A stretch of 64,000 nt of DNA, from NCBI GenBank assembly GCA_951406725.2, contig OX597815.1:190464001-190528000 (forward strand). The letters are read 5' to 3'. The position numbers were made by a program, and so were the translations under genes. Source of the DNA: Octopus vulgaris (lineage: Eukaryota). Below, piece after piece: positions 38,246-52,139 of the stretch (the first letter of the stretch is position 1; every line of letters begins with the position of its first letter). The notes beneath the pieces were generated by a model. The model did no database searches and was not told the DNA's origin. It saw only the letters and a program-made list of their open reading frames with translations.

Positions 38246-39338
38246 GAGGAGGAGGAGGATGATGATGGCCAAGGCCTCCATTCCTCAGATACAACCACCA
38301 CTTCTCACCACATACCACAATCTAGTAGTGTAGCCATACATTCTGCCAGGGCCCCTCTTATTCAGTCCAGGATGTCATCACATCATTTTTCTCCTGTCAC
38401 TCACAAACTCGTTTTTCTGTCCACCAAGCCTCCAAGAATGCAGACACAGAAGTTCCGTGTCCTGATAATGGTGTTAAAATACCGCACCTTTGTCTGACCA
38501 TCGTCACCAACTTTTGTCCTACTCCCATCTTCACATGAACCGAATCTTTCATTCTATGGCTCCCCTATCTGATCTTCAGTACTTAGCTGAGCTACCCTAC
38601 TTGAAATTTTATTTCTCCATACGTTTCATATCACATCTAATCTCACTAATGTCATATGATAAATATCAAATAATTCCATTTGATAAACATCAATTACACT
38701 GATGAAATATCTAACAATATTGATAAATGTCTTAGATATCATGGAAGTTAATAACCATAGTGTTTTCATTTAATTTTTTTTTGTCTTTTAAAGAGGGATA
38801 TTTTATATTATAAAATTATTATTGATTTATCTTAAAGACTCATGCAAGAAAATATGTTACTGCATTACTTTTATCATACACATGTGATCTTTCTTTTAAA
38901 CAAATATAATATTGCCATTATAAGTAAATAATTTATGCATAGAATATTGCCTTGCTAACGTTAATGCTGAGAGTCTAATATGAATGAAAAGAGAATATAT
39001 TATATCATTAAAATATTAAACGAAAACTAACACGCCAATGATGAAACCAAATAGATTCTTGAAAAACAATTTTATTTGTTAAGAGAGTCAGCGGAGAAAA
39101 TAAATGAAGACAATCTATTTATTTATTCATTGGTCTTCTTTCATTATATATAAATTTATATATTTCATTGTTGCTGCCAGAATATATTAAAAATAGTGTT
39201 TCTCAGTGAATAAGTAGAATGAGGAAAGTATTTAACATTTCTATATCAACAATTACAGCAGTGGGGTAGCAGAATCGGTAATGCAACATACACAGCATCA
39301 TGTGGTATTTAGTTGCTGGTTTTATTATAAGTTAGAGA

Positions 39339-39860
39339 CAGCTTAGTGGTTAGCGTGTTCAGCTTACAATTCTAAGGTCTTGAGTTCGATATCTGGCAGT
39401 GTATTGCATCTTTGAGCTGCAAGACACTCCCTTTCACATTTCTTCAGTCTACTCAGCTGGCATAATTGAGTAGTACCTGTATTTCAAAGGGCCAACCATC
39501 CTTGACATGCACTGTTCAAGAACTTGGACCTGGAGATCTCCATTTCCAGCCACTTTGAGGGCCACCTCCCAGTGGTGTCAGGCATCAACGAAGAGCTCTC
39601 AACTACAAGAAGACGACCAAAGTTTTTTTTTTTCCAAGGTCTGGTGTCTCCTGCCCCTAAGCCCTAGACCATCACCTAATCACCCTTACCCGTCTTGTTG
39701 CTTAACAACAACAATCCTTGGCATGCTGAATCTCCCTGAGAACTATGTTAACAGTACACTTGTCTATGAAGAACTCAGCCACCTGTACATTAATTTCACG
39801 AGCAGGTTTTTCTGTTAATCAGGTCAACTAGAACCCTTATAATTATAACTGACAAAGGGC
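39339..39860 (+). mobile_element. Old tRNA-headed SINE of a third family, apparently interrupted
   Basis: gcttagtggttag A-box, gagttcgatatc B-box, CORE-like ctttgagc..caagacact. Confidence 0.55.
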
Positions 39861-40067
39861 AAGTTTTTTGTTCTAAGTTCAAATTCTGACAAGGATACCG
39901 TTGCTTTCCTCTTTCCAGGATCAAAGAAATAAATACTTGTCATGTACTGGAGTCAATATAACCAACTGTACCCTCTTCCCCAAAATGTATGGCCCCATGC
40001 CTAAATTACATTCATTACTAATTCAAGACTCGATTATTTGCCATACTACTGAGAACCAAAGTATCTA

Positions 40068-40717
40068 CAGGGTGTCACAAAAGTCACTGATGGGTTTCAA
40101 TTTTTAATAACTTCCTTAACTTTACAAATAAGGGCATGAAATGTTGATACAATATAAAGGACATAATGGAAATTAATATGCACAAGTCAAGTTTTGCAAC
40201 ACCACCACATCATATATGAAAAATGACATCGCTTAAATGGCAGCCATTTTCAGCTTTGCATATCCGTACTCTTTCCAAAACTTGCATCATAATAATACCC
40301 TCAAGAGTTTCAGAGTCCACTTCTGTGATTTCTCTATTGATGTTCTTCTTCAGTTGCACCAGGGTCTCTGGTTTGTTGATGTAAACCTTCTCTTTCAGGT
40401 ATCCCCACAAGAAAAAAACCCAGGCTTGTCAATTCTGGGGAATGTGAAGGCCATTCAAAGTAGACCTCACACATAGTTCAAGCAAGATGGGGCAACTGCT
40501 CGTGCCATAAGAGAGACAATGCAATTGCTACAGAAGTGCTTTGGAGAGGCAGCAATGTCAACTAGCCTTCACATTCCCCAGATTTGACTAGCTTGATTTT
40601 TTCTTGTGGGGATACCTGAAAGAGAGGGTTTACATCAACAAACCAGAGACACTTGTGTAAATGTAGTAGTGCTGCAAAACTTGATTTTGCATATTAATTT
40701 CCATTATGTCCTTCATA
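40068..40717. mobile_element. Tc1/mariner-superfamily remnant made of two inverted transposase 3' ends (foldback)
   Basis: TA-cagggtgtc terminus; minus arm WPSHSP..FFLWGYLKEKVYINKP..ENGCHLSDVIF; plus arm FKQDGATA..PSHSPDLTSL..FFLWGYLKERVYINKPETLV. Confidence 0.85.
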
Positions 40718-41128
40718 ATGTCCCCGTAACTTAGCAGTTCGGCAAAAGAGACAGACAGAATAAGTACTAGGCTTACAAAGAATAAGTCCTGGGGTCGATT
40801 TGCTCGACTAAAGGCAGTGCTCCAGCATGGCCACAGTCAAATGACTGAAACAAGTAAAAGAGTGATTGGTTTAAGTAACATATAGGTTTTTCCTGGACAC
40901 TTATGAATATTTTTGACTTGCCCCCGTGCCGGTGACACATAAAAAGCACCCACTACACTCTCGGACTGGTTGGCATTAGGAAGGGCATCCAGCTGTAGAA
41001 ACCCTGCCAAATCAAGATTGGAGCCTGGTGCAGCCATCTGGTTTGCCGGCCCTCAGTCAAAATCGTCCAACCCATGCTAGCATGGAAAGCAGACGTTAAA
41101 TGATGATGATGATGATAATGATGATGAT
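40718..41128 (+). mobile_element. SINE-A 3' half (40718-40863) and family C RTE tail (40922-41128)
   Basis: Matches to in-window family consensus. Confidence 0.85.
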
Positions 41129-41629
41129 TAACCCAAGGGAAATATGATTAGTGGGGCTGAATAAATAAAAAAAAAAACATGTAATAGAGTACTTAGGCAT
41201 GTGGTGTCATATGAATCAATAAAACCCTCAACTGATTGTTTCACTCTGTATCTTTATATCCATTCTTGTCCATTCATCTCCTACGGCAGGAATTAAGGCA
41301 ATAATTAACTGAAGCCAAGAAAATGTCTACGAAGGTCATTGGCCGGTACAATATAGCAGCCAAATCTCATGCAAACAGCTACTTGTTGTCAATAATAGGA
41401 ACAAAACGAGAGAGAAAGGAATACAAATTTTAATTCGAAATATTAAGGCAATATGCCCACGATGGCAAACACAGCTACAAGAATGTTTGGTTTCATATTT
41501 ACACTAGCAGAGTTGCCTGCAGTAATTCTAGGAACAATGATGATTAATTTGAAAATAAGGCGCTGGTCAATAGTGATTTCATTTAAATTTTGCAGCATGT
41601 TATTTCATTACCATCATACTAAAAATGCG

Positions 41630-41671
<42 letters not shown>

Positions 41672-41908
41672 ACTATCTATTGGTCTCCCTGTATGTATGT
41701 ATGTATGTATGTATGTATGTATGTATGCATGTAGGTATATATATGTATCATGTATGTATGCATGTATATATGTATATATATCTATATCTATATATCTATC
41801 TATATATATATGTATATATATATATATGGATAGATAGATAGATAGATAAATAGATATGTGTGTGTGTATATATATACACACATATATAAACATGCACACA
41901 CATCATAG

Positions 41909-41960
<52 letters not shown>

Positions 41961-42056
41961 ATGTATATGTTTGTATGATGTATGCATGTGTGATTATATA
42001 TATGTGTGTATATACACACACACATACATATGTAAGTATATATATGTGCTTGTGCT

Positions 42057-42138
<82 letters not shown>

Positions 42139-42923
42139 CATACATATATGCATGCATACGTGTGCAAGCATGTATGTATTTGTATGTATATGTATGTGTG
42201 TGTGCTTGTATGTGTGTATGTGTGTATGCATGTATATTTGTAAGTATGTATGTATGCGTGTATGTATGCATGCATGTATGCATATATACACATATGTATG
42301 TATGTCACTGTTCAGTTTTATTTCAGTTTTATGTATGTATGTATATTTGTATAGCCCCTGTGACAGCATTTTACCACTTCCTTTCACAGCCAACCACCGC
42401 ATATCATATTAACCAAGGACCAATCAAATGGATTAGTATTTGGAATTAATCTTTTGATTGATGCAACTTACCAAACCTATCGTGTGTTGGCGCTATCTCA
42501 ATATTCCTTCATTCAATTACAATATATACATTCAGAGACATGATATTTCTGAGTAAAGCAAATATTTTCTTCAACCCAACTGATATATACATACGTACAA
42601 ACATATAAACATACATACATACAAACATATAAACATACGCACATACAAACATACATATATACAAGCATACATACATACATACATACAAACGTACATACAT
42701 GCATACAAACATACATACATACAAACATACATACATATATATATATATACATACATGCATATATACATGCATGCATACATACGTGCATACATACATATAT
42801 GCATGCTTGCATGCATACATGCATATATGCATGCATACATGCCTGCATACATACATACATACATACATACATCCATGCATCCATACATCTATACACACAT
42901 ACATCCATACACACATACACACA

Positions 42924-42966
<43 letters not shown>

Positions 42967-43025
42967 ACACATACATACATACATACACACATACATCCAT
43001 ACACACACACACATACATACATATG
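41630..43025. repeat. Compound (TA)n/(TATG)n/(CA)n/(GA)n microsatellite region
   Basis: Directly visible, with short unique interruptions. Confidence 0.9.
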
Positions 43026-43027
43026 TA

Positions 43028-43860
43028 GAACCACCCACATGACAGAAAACCACCGGCCAATTGCATGCCAGAACTTAATGCATAAGATATATACAGTATG
43101 CTTAAACTTCTTCCCCCAGGACCATTTTGAAACCAATAACATCATCTCGGCAGAACCAGCAGAAGGGTGTCTGAGGATGTGCCAAGCAATTGCTAATCAA
43201 CAAAACTGTGATGTCAGAGGTGCGAGAGCATAGGAGGAACCTCATTTCAATGTGACTAGATTGCAAGAAAGCCTTTGACTCTGTTGTATCCCCACTCATG
43301 GATGCTAGAAGCATTTCAACTCGCTAGAGTTTCAGTGAGAATAGTCAAAGCCATAACTGACCTGGCTTCATCGTGGACCACCATCTTGAAATGAAACACA
43401 GAAAGTCAGAAAGATATCACACTAGTTCACAAGGAAACAGAAATACCAAAATTACACACCGTTTCTTTGTGGATGACTTAAAACATAGTTGTAACATTCA
43501 CAAAGGATGTAGGGTTGGAGTTTGGTCAGGATAAAGGTTGTTATATGGTTGTGAAAAGGAGGAAAACTATAAACCAGACTAGTAACATCTCCGTCAATGA
43601 TTTAACTGTTTCCCTTGTATCTGACGAGAAATGTTACAGGTATCTTGGGGTGGATGAAAATATATTTTACTGTGGCACCTGTAACAAAACACGTGTCACT
43701 AAAGAATATTACAGCCGAATAAAGAATATTTGGACCTCAGAACTCTCTGCATTCAATAAAACAGTGGCCCACAATGTGTTTGCAGTGCCAATACTCATAC
43801 GAACATTTGGGCTGCTTGATTGGACGCTTGATGAGATCCGAGCCATTGATGTGAAAACCC
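43028..43860 (+). pseudogene. R4/Dong-clade non-LTR reverse transcriptase fragment, internally deleted
   Basis: NHRPIACQNLMHKIYT, KQLLINK, LDCKKAFDSV(P)HSW, FFVDDLK, GLEFGQDK, YRYLGV, WTSELSAFNKTVAHNVFAVP..FGLLDWTLDEIRAIDVKT. Confidence 0.88.
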
Positions 43861-44147
43861 AAACATACATACATGCATTTGTACATACATACATAAATAC
43901 ATACATATATACATACAATCATACATACATACATACTTACGTACATGCATACATACAAACAAACAAAAATACCCTGTTGTTGATGTTGAAATTCCAATGA
44001 AGGAGCCTTGAATCTAAGTTAGAAACCAGCTCTTTTGCTAATGGCAAGAAATCTCAAAATAAACTGAATAATGACATACATACATACACACACACACATA
44101 CACACACAAACATCCACACATACATACACTCATACATACCTACATAC

Positions 44148-44550
44148 AGGCGCAGGAGTGGCTGTGTGGTAAGTAGCTTGCTTACCAACCACACAGTTCT
44201 GGGTTCAGTCCCACTGCGTGGCACCTTGGGCAAGTGTCTTCTACTATAGCCTTGGGCCAACCAAAGCCTTGTGAGTGGATTTGGTAGATGGAAACTGAAA
44301 GAAGTCCATTGTATATATATATATGTATATATGTGTGTGTGTTTGTGTGTCTGTGTTTGTCTCCCCAACATCGTTTGACAACCGATGCTGGTGTGTTTAC
44401 GTTCCCGTTACTTAGGAGTTCGGCAAAAGAGACCGATACGATAAGTACTAGGCTTACAAAGAATAAGTCCTTGGGTCGATTTGCTCGACTAAAAGGCGGT
44501 GCTCCAGCATGGTCGCAGTCATATGACTGAAACAAGTAAAAGAGAAAAGA
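44148..44550 (+). mobile_element. SINE-A full length
   Basis: ggcgcaggagtggctgtgtgg head to gactgaaacaagtaaaagag tail, embedded in (CATA)n. Confidence 0.92.
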
Positions 44551-44779
44551 GAATACATACGTACACTCATACATACATACATACATACATACCTACATAC
44601 ATACATACCTACATACATACATACCTACATCCATACCTACATACTTACAATTCAAACTTCATATGGGTCCGTACCACATAGAATGCAAGCTGTAATTACT
44701 GCCACAGGCGGTCTTACCCCCAATTAAAAAAACTTTATTTGAAATTTTAAGGTGTTTCCATTATTTTGTCCAACGCCAG

Positions 44780-44855
<76 letters not shown>

Positions 44856-45589
44856 TGTGTGTGTGTGCTAAAGGCTTCTTTCAATTTCCATCAGCCAAAT
44901 CCACACTCAAGATGCCAATCAGCTCAAGGCTATAGTAGAAGATACCTGTTCAAAGTTCCATGCAGTGAAACTAAACCTAAAATTATTACAGATAGAATAC
45001 ACCCTCTGAGGTATTTTGGAGTTTTATCACATTCAAGGAACCTTATTGAAATATTTCATATAATAATGGAAAAAAAACCTAAATGTCAGCAAAAGTTCCT
45101 GATGTTGCTCTATTGTTTCATGTAAAGATGACAAGTGATGAATTTATTCCCTGGATCAGATGCCAATTTAACGCTAATATAATTCCCCAAAGGTCTTTTA
45201 AATGAACTGAGGCATTAAGAATTAAGTGTTCTTTGAGGAGATACAGTATCAGCTGTGAACATTTGAATTGTTTAACTCTTTGATAGCTGAATCAGAAGTG
45301 AAAGAGCAGTATTCACAGCTTTTCCAGGTTGCCCCTTGAGACTGAGAGTGGAAGGATGAAGAAACCACGTCTCATCATTTATTGCCAAAGCAAATAGCTC
45401 ATCAAAATACTGAGTTATATTCTGACAAAAGAAATGGTTCAAATTCTTGTCACAGAGTGAATTCGGTTAAAGCCAGCCAAGGTCCAAGCCAAAGATTGGA
45501 TTAATTCTACAGCCTAGTTTAAGAAAGGCAAATTTATATTCTAATGCTTTATCCAATTAACCATTTCTTCTTAATGTCACGTATAGCAA

Positions 45590-45828
45590 TACCTATTTCT
45601 TTACTACCCACAAGGGGCTAAACACAGAGAGGACAAACAAGGATAGACAAACGGATTAAGTCGATTATATCAACCCCAGTGCGTAACTGGCACTTATTTA
45701 ATCGATCCTGAAAGAATGAAAGGCAAAGTCGACCTCAGTGGAATTTGAACTCAGAATGTAGCAGCAGACAAAATACCACCAAGCATTTCACCCGGCGCGC
45801 TAACGATTCTGCCAGCTCACCACCTTTC
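45590..45828 (-). mobile_element. SINE-B variant 1
   Basis: Family consensus; gcaatacct flanking duplication. Confidence 0.88.
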
Positions 45829-46676
45829 ATATGGCAATACCTGTATTTAATTAATTTGAATACAATGTATTCTTATAGTTCTAAGAGAAAGGCATATATT
45901 GTAGAATTGTGTAAATAATGGTAAATTGCTTTCCAACTTGTTAACCACAAAATGAAATGTTCAATTTTTCTATTTTGCATATTCTAATGTGGAACTCATA
46001 AAAATGCTTAAAATTAATTATAAAATTCCCCAAAAGGTAATAAATGTAGTCAATGAAATATTTTGATAAATTATATAATATTTGCATTTGTCTTCATTTT
46101 TTTTTTTTTTCAGTTTTATATTTTTGCAATAAACTAAAAAGGAATTTTGGATATTAGAAATTCAAAATGAAAATCAGTGTTTCAAATACATCAGTAGAAA
46201 ATATTTACTTATTTTGTTAATATATTTATACGAATAGTAATTTTTATTTTTACATAAATTGCCAATGCAAACACAAAATAGAAGCTTCCTCAGTCTTAAT
46301 TAAACTAATTAAAACTTTTATGAAAAATAGATGTGCAGAGAATTTAGTCGCAAGTGCACATGCACACACACACACACACTGCATACACACAAATGCAAAT
46401 GCATGCACAAAAAATTACATACACATACAGACACTTGTGCACACATTATTTTACTAATTTTTTAATCATCAATGATATTTTTATTTCAAATAGAAAATTA
46501 ATGTTTCAGAAATTATTAGATTAATGTTTTGGATTTTTTTCTTTTTTGCTTTTCTTCCAAGCATATCATTAAATAAGTGGAAAAAAATTAGAATGATTGA
46601 CATTACATTGCTATAATTTTGTAGGTTAGGGGACAAATTCAACTGTATAAACTGTTAGCGTAATATTTAAAAATGA

Positions 46677-47103
46677 ACTTATTGTATACAGTGCTCAGGT
46701 GCACTCCAACTTATCAGAGAAAGTAGCCAAAAGTGCATGAACGGTACATAGAATAATGCACAGGAAGTGAACAGTGAACGGAAAGTGAACAGCAAACTGG
46801 AAGTGAGCAGTGAACGGGAAGTGAGCAGTGAACGGGGAAGTGAGCAGTGAACTGGAGGTGAACAGTTAACGGGGGGGTGAACGGTGAACATGAAGTGAAC
46901 AGTGAATAAATCATAAAAGAAGGGGCAGGGAAACATGAGGTGTATAGTTGATGAATTTCAGGAAGCATGGAAGTTTTGAAGGATGTTTTTTTCTGGCAGC
47001 TAACAACTGATGTGGTTAGTTTATCCCATGCTACAGCAATTCTGAACATGTAAAACGCTGCCAAAGGTCATGCAGGCGTTGATTTTTGATTTTGTAAGCA
47101 TGT
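46677..47103 (-). mobile_element. CR1-like LINE 3' end with ~18-bp repeats in its UTR
   Basis: HAYKIKNQR..FYMFRIAVAWDKLTTSVVS...SFK resembles the CR1 ORF2 end; gaagtga(a/g)cagtgaac repeats at 46765-46905. Confidence 0.6.
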
Positions 47104-47267
47104 CTACAAGTGTTACACATATGGAATTAAAAAAGGTATCCATGGTAATTGTTGGAAAGATGGTGGTATGTATTTTATCATTCCTTGAGGGGTGTAATGC
47201 AAAGTTAGCTAATGGTGAGATTTGAACTTAGAATATAGAAAAACAGTGCTAAATATTACAAAGAATA

Positions 47268-48178
47268 CGTCCCAGGGTCAATTTGTTCAACTAAAACCCT
47301 TCAAGGTGGTGTTCCAGTATGGCCACAGTCAAATGACTGAAACAAATAAAAGAATATGTGTGTGCATGTGTTTGTTTGTTCTCCACCACTTGACGAATGT
47401 CGGTGTGTTTACATCCCCATAACTTAGCAGTTCAGCAAAAGAGATCAATAGAATAAGTTTTAGGCTTTAAAAAAAATTAGTACTATTGTCAATTTCACCA
47501 TCATCATGTAATGTCTGCTTTCCATGCTGGCATGGGTTGGACAGCTTGACAGGAACTGGCAAGGCCAGGGGCTATACCAGGTTCCATAGCCCCTGTTTTG
47601 GCTTGGTTTCTACATCTGGATGCCCTTCCTAACACCAACCTCTTTACAGAATGCAATGGGTGCTTTTTTTTTATGTGGCACCATTTTAATCAACTATGAT
47701 TCTTCAAGATGGTGTCCCAGCATGGCCACAGTCTAATGACTGGAACAAGTCAAAGTTGAGAAATTAAAAAGGAAACAATGATTCTCTTTTATGTTCTCAT
47801 TTACTTGTTTTAGTTATTTGACTGCGACCATGCTGGAGCACTGCCTTTAGTCGAGCAAATCGAGCCCAGGACTTATTCTTTGGAAACCTAGTACTTATTC
47901 TATCAGTCTCTTTCGCTGAACCGCTAAGTTATGGGGACATAAACACACCAGTTGTCAAGTGATGTTGGGGGACAAACACAGACACACAAACATATACACA
48001 CATATACATATATACGACAGGCTTCTTTCAGTTTCCGTCTACCAAATCCACTTACAAAACTTTGGTCGGCCCGAGGCTATAGTAGAAAACACCTGCCCAA
48101 GGTGCCACACAATGGGACTGAACCTGGAACCATGTGGTTGGCAAGCAAGCTACTTACCACACAGCCACTCCTGCGCCT
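47268..48178. mobile_element. SINE-A fragments, a family C tail (47497-47680 minus) and a full SINE-A (47783-48178 minus)
   Basis: Matches to in-window family consensus. Confidence 0.8.
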
Positions 48179-48484
48179 ATGATGTATAATTTGGGCAGGA
48201 AATGGCAGAATCAGTTGTTGAGACTTGGTTAGATTTAGTTCTGAGATAAGGTCAAGGAATCATAAGACTGTTTCCAAGGTGTATACATAACTGAGGTTTA
48301 CAAAACTTGACACAGAATGGGAAACCATTCCATTGCTGGGACAATTTCCCAGCTTTGCTGGAACTCATCTCCATCTGAGAGGAGTGGAGAAATGTGAATT
48401 GATGCATTTTGCTGGAGAATACAGCATACCATCCAGTTTTAGGAATTGAAACCATGACTCTATAATTGTGAGTGCAACATAATA

Positions 48485-48716
48485 ACCTATTTCGTTATTA
48501 CCCACAAGGGGCTAAACACAGAGGGGACAAACAAGGACAGACATAGGTATTAAGTCGATTACATCGACCCCAGTGCGTAACGGGTACTTAATTTATCATC
48601 CCCGAAAGGATGAAAGGCAAAGTCGACCTCGGCGGAATTTGAACTCAGAACGTAACGCAGACGAAATACCACTAAGCATTTCACCCGGCGTGCTTTCTGC
48701 CAGCTCGCCGCCTTCT
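48485..48716 (-). mobile_element. SINE-B variant 1 with TSD
   Basis: gtgcaacataataacc on both sides. Confidence 0.9.
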
Positions 48717-49779
48717 TGTGCAACATAATAACCACTATGCAATGTGCCTTCTGTTGCAGTGAGACAAAGTAGAAATACCTTGTGGTGTTTAGTTCAGTTT
48801 TTCTACATGCTGAGTACATCCCTTTGTATCCAGTTGACTTTGCTTGTCTTCGTTCCAAGGTTGATCAAATAGGTTGTAGACAAACTACTAGAGATCAATA
48901 CAATTGACTAAAAAAATAGATAAATAAATAAATAAATAAATAAAACTCACAGGTTTAAAAGCAGTAAAATAATAAATAAATACTGAAATTTTTGGTAAAC
49001 TTTCTGCCTGACTTAGCATTTTATTTTAACCTAGATTTAATTCTAGCAAGCAAGCATTCAGGAAACAAGAGTAATTATATGGGAATAATAACTATTTTAT
49101 GCTACTACCACAATTAAAAAAAAAAAAAGAAAGAGAGAGAGAGAAAAGCACGTAGTAAATGAACGACTAAATAAATAAATAAATAAACTCAAAGAAACGA
49201 GGAAATAAATCAAAGTGTTTACGACCATTAATGTTATGACATCATTCAAAATTTAATATTTCATAATCAAACAGTTTTTTGAGTCGGTGAAGGATGGTTT
49301 CAAAATCAGTGTCTTTTCAAAGGAAAATTAAAAGCAATTTAAATTAATACTCTGAAATAAGTTGAGAATCTCCTGACATGAAGTATAGTATGATTCCATT
49401 AAGTCTCAAGGAAATGCCAAAAAACTGCTAACTGCTATTCATTGTTTTGCTATCAATTATCACCTTTTTTTCAAAAAAAAAAAAAAAAAAAATGAAGAAA
49501 AAAAAAGATGTAAAGTTTCTTCCATTTTTTTCTTTTTCTTTTCCTTTTTCGTTTTTTTTTTTGCCTTCGTTTTTTTTTTTCAATTTTCAAAAGCTTTATT
49601 GATCGATGTGGGGTTTGTTTTGTTTTTTTATACTGTAATCAATGCTGTAACTGCTACTGCCTGTCTTTGACTGGTGTATGTGTGTGTGGGGAGAGGGGAG
49701 GGGTATGTGTGTGCGTGCACGTATGGAATTTTCTGGATCATTGTTATATATATTCATATATATGAGGAGCACTACTAAT

Positions 49780-50460
49780 ATACATATATACATACATACA
49801 TACAAATACACATGTATGCATACATATATATATATATGTATGTATGTATGTATGTACATATATATACATACATATATACATATACATATATACATACATA
49901 CATATATATATATACATGCACACACATACATATATATATATACACACACATACATACATATATATATACACACACATACATACATACATATATATATACA
50001 CACATACATACATATATATATACATGCACACACATACATATATATATATACACACACATACATACATATATATATACACACACATACATACATACATATA
50101 TATATACACACATACATACATATATATATATACACACATACATACATATATATATATATACACACACATACATACAAATATATATATATATATACACGCA
50201 CATACATGCAAATATATATACACACACATACATGCATATATATATATATACACACACACATACACACATACATACATATATACACACATACATACATATA
50301 TACACACACATACATACAAATATATATATATACACACACATACGTACATACATATATACATAAACACATACATATATATACACACACATACAGACATACA
50401 TATATACATACATACATACATATATATATACTTACATTTGTGCACACACATTTATAAACA
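49780..50460. repeat. Compound (TA)/(CA)/(CATA) microsatellite with ~108-bp higher-order duplication
   Basis: A 36-aa block repeats in the ORF translation. Confidence 0.9.
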
Positions 50461-51379
50461 TACGCATGTACGCAGAACAATGACTAAATGCATTTCTAAT
50501 ATATGTGTCATAAAATATGCATGTTTTCACGATGCTTCGGAAACATATTTTACAAGTATGCAAATTCCCATCTAACATTATATATATATATGTTTCCTTC
50601 CAACATCACTCTCATCACCATTGCCCCCCACCCCACCCCACCCCCACCATTATTGTCATTCTTTCTCATTGTCATCATCTTATCACCAACTGTATTATTC
50701 ATATTTTTTTTTTTTATCTAGTTTGTCAGTCTTGCATGCTCTGGACACATCTTTTCAGTTTGTGTTCAAAGAGAATTCTGACATCTGAATATGCAGATGG
50801 AAGCAGTGTTTTATAGCCTGGAGTCATACTTAACACAAACCACTCAATTACAGAACATGGTTTCTCAGTGAACATATGTGTATGTGTATATATATATATA
50901 TATATATATGTATATGTATATGTATTTCACTTAGATATTGCGATGCTAATAACCTGGTGTTAGAATTCAGTATAGTTATGTTATGCTTCAGAAAAAAGCA
51001 GCCATCGAGTACAGAGTGGCAGTAAGAAATTGAGGTGACAAAGGAATAAATAATTGTGTTATGAACTCTGTTACCTTACAGCTGTTTCTGTAATAAGGTG
51101 TGATGCACTCATGGGATGATGCTTAAGCTCCCTCCTTGATTGCAAGGCACCTTATAGCAGAAACAGCTGTAAGCTAATGGAGTTCATAACAATTGTTTAT
51201 TCATTCGTCATGGTGTAAGGATAGATGTTTTCAAGAACTTCTTCTTTCACCAAACACCAATCACATAAGAATGGGCATTGAAAAGGTGATTACTCAGGCA
51301 GTGCTTCAGTATGGCCACAGCCTTTGTGCTGAAACATATAAAAGAATAAATAATGTATATATGTATATATATGTGTATA

Positions 51380-51422
<43 letters not shown>

Positions 51423-51428
<6 letters not shown>

Positions 51429-51628
51429 AATGTGACCGCGTGTGTACCATTGGCGATTTTTTTCCTCTGTCTTCCCTTCTCTGGATCTTTCCTTCTCCTA
51501 TGTTTCCAACGAAGAGCTCCGCTCGAAACGTTAAACCCTCCTTCTTTCCTGAGCGTCCAATAATACTATATTTGTTCCACGTCCTCGCATTGTTGTGTTT
51601 TTTTGTGCTTTCTTGTTTGGATTAACTA
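51423..51628 (+). mobile_element. Hammerhead family 2 element between (TA)n tracts (ribozyme remnant 51502-51536)
   Basis: gttt-ccaacga-a-gagc-tcc-gctc-gaaacgtt-aaac; core mutated relative to CUGANGA; second copy at 23655-23779. Confidence 0.65.
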
Positions 51629-51857
51629 TATATATATATATAGGGATTGTATTATTAAAATACCATCACGAGTGACAAACAATTATTAATTTGCCTGTAT
51701 GGCTGATAATTCACTTGCCACTCATGATGGTATTTTAATAATACCATTCCTATATTTATTTATAAATAATTTTACACATTTCGTTTTTTCCTATAGTACT
51801 TTGTCACTTCAAACGAACTTTTGCAGGCATGATAGGGGAGAATTTTAGTAGTAATTA

Positions 51858-51934
51858 GCTGGCAGACTTTGGCTGATGAGAAATCAGACCCCTATTTGGC
51901 ACTAATTTCGAAACCGGTACCAAGTTGACCAGCA
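51858..51934 (+). ncRNA. Type I hammerhead ribozyme motif, family 3, intact core
   Basis: gctgg..tttgg-CTGATGA-gaaat..atttc-GAAACCGGTA-ccaag..ccagc; palindromic ACCGGU stem III, GUA site, extended stem I. Confidence 0.8.
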
Positions 51935-52099
51935 TTTACTTGTTCTGACCCAGTTGAGGTAAGACGTTATTATTATTCACTGATATTTTTTCCTATCATG
52001 TCTGTAGTAGATTTGTGACTATTCGGTGGTACATAAGTATTTTTGACTTCTATTATAGCAATGTAGGTGCTCATGTAGTGCCCTTGTTTATATATGTAC

Positions 52100-52139
<40 letters not shown>

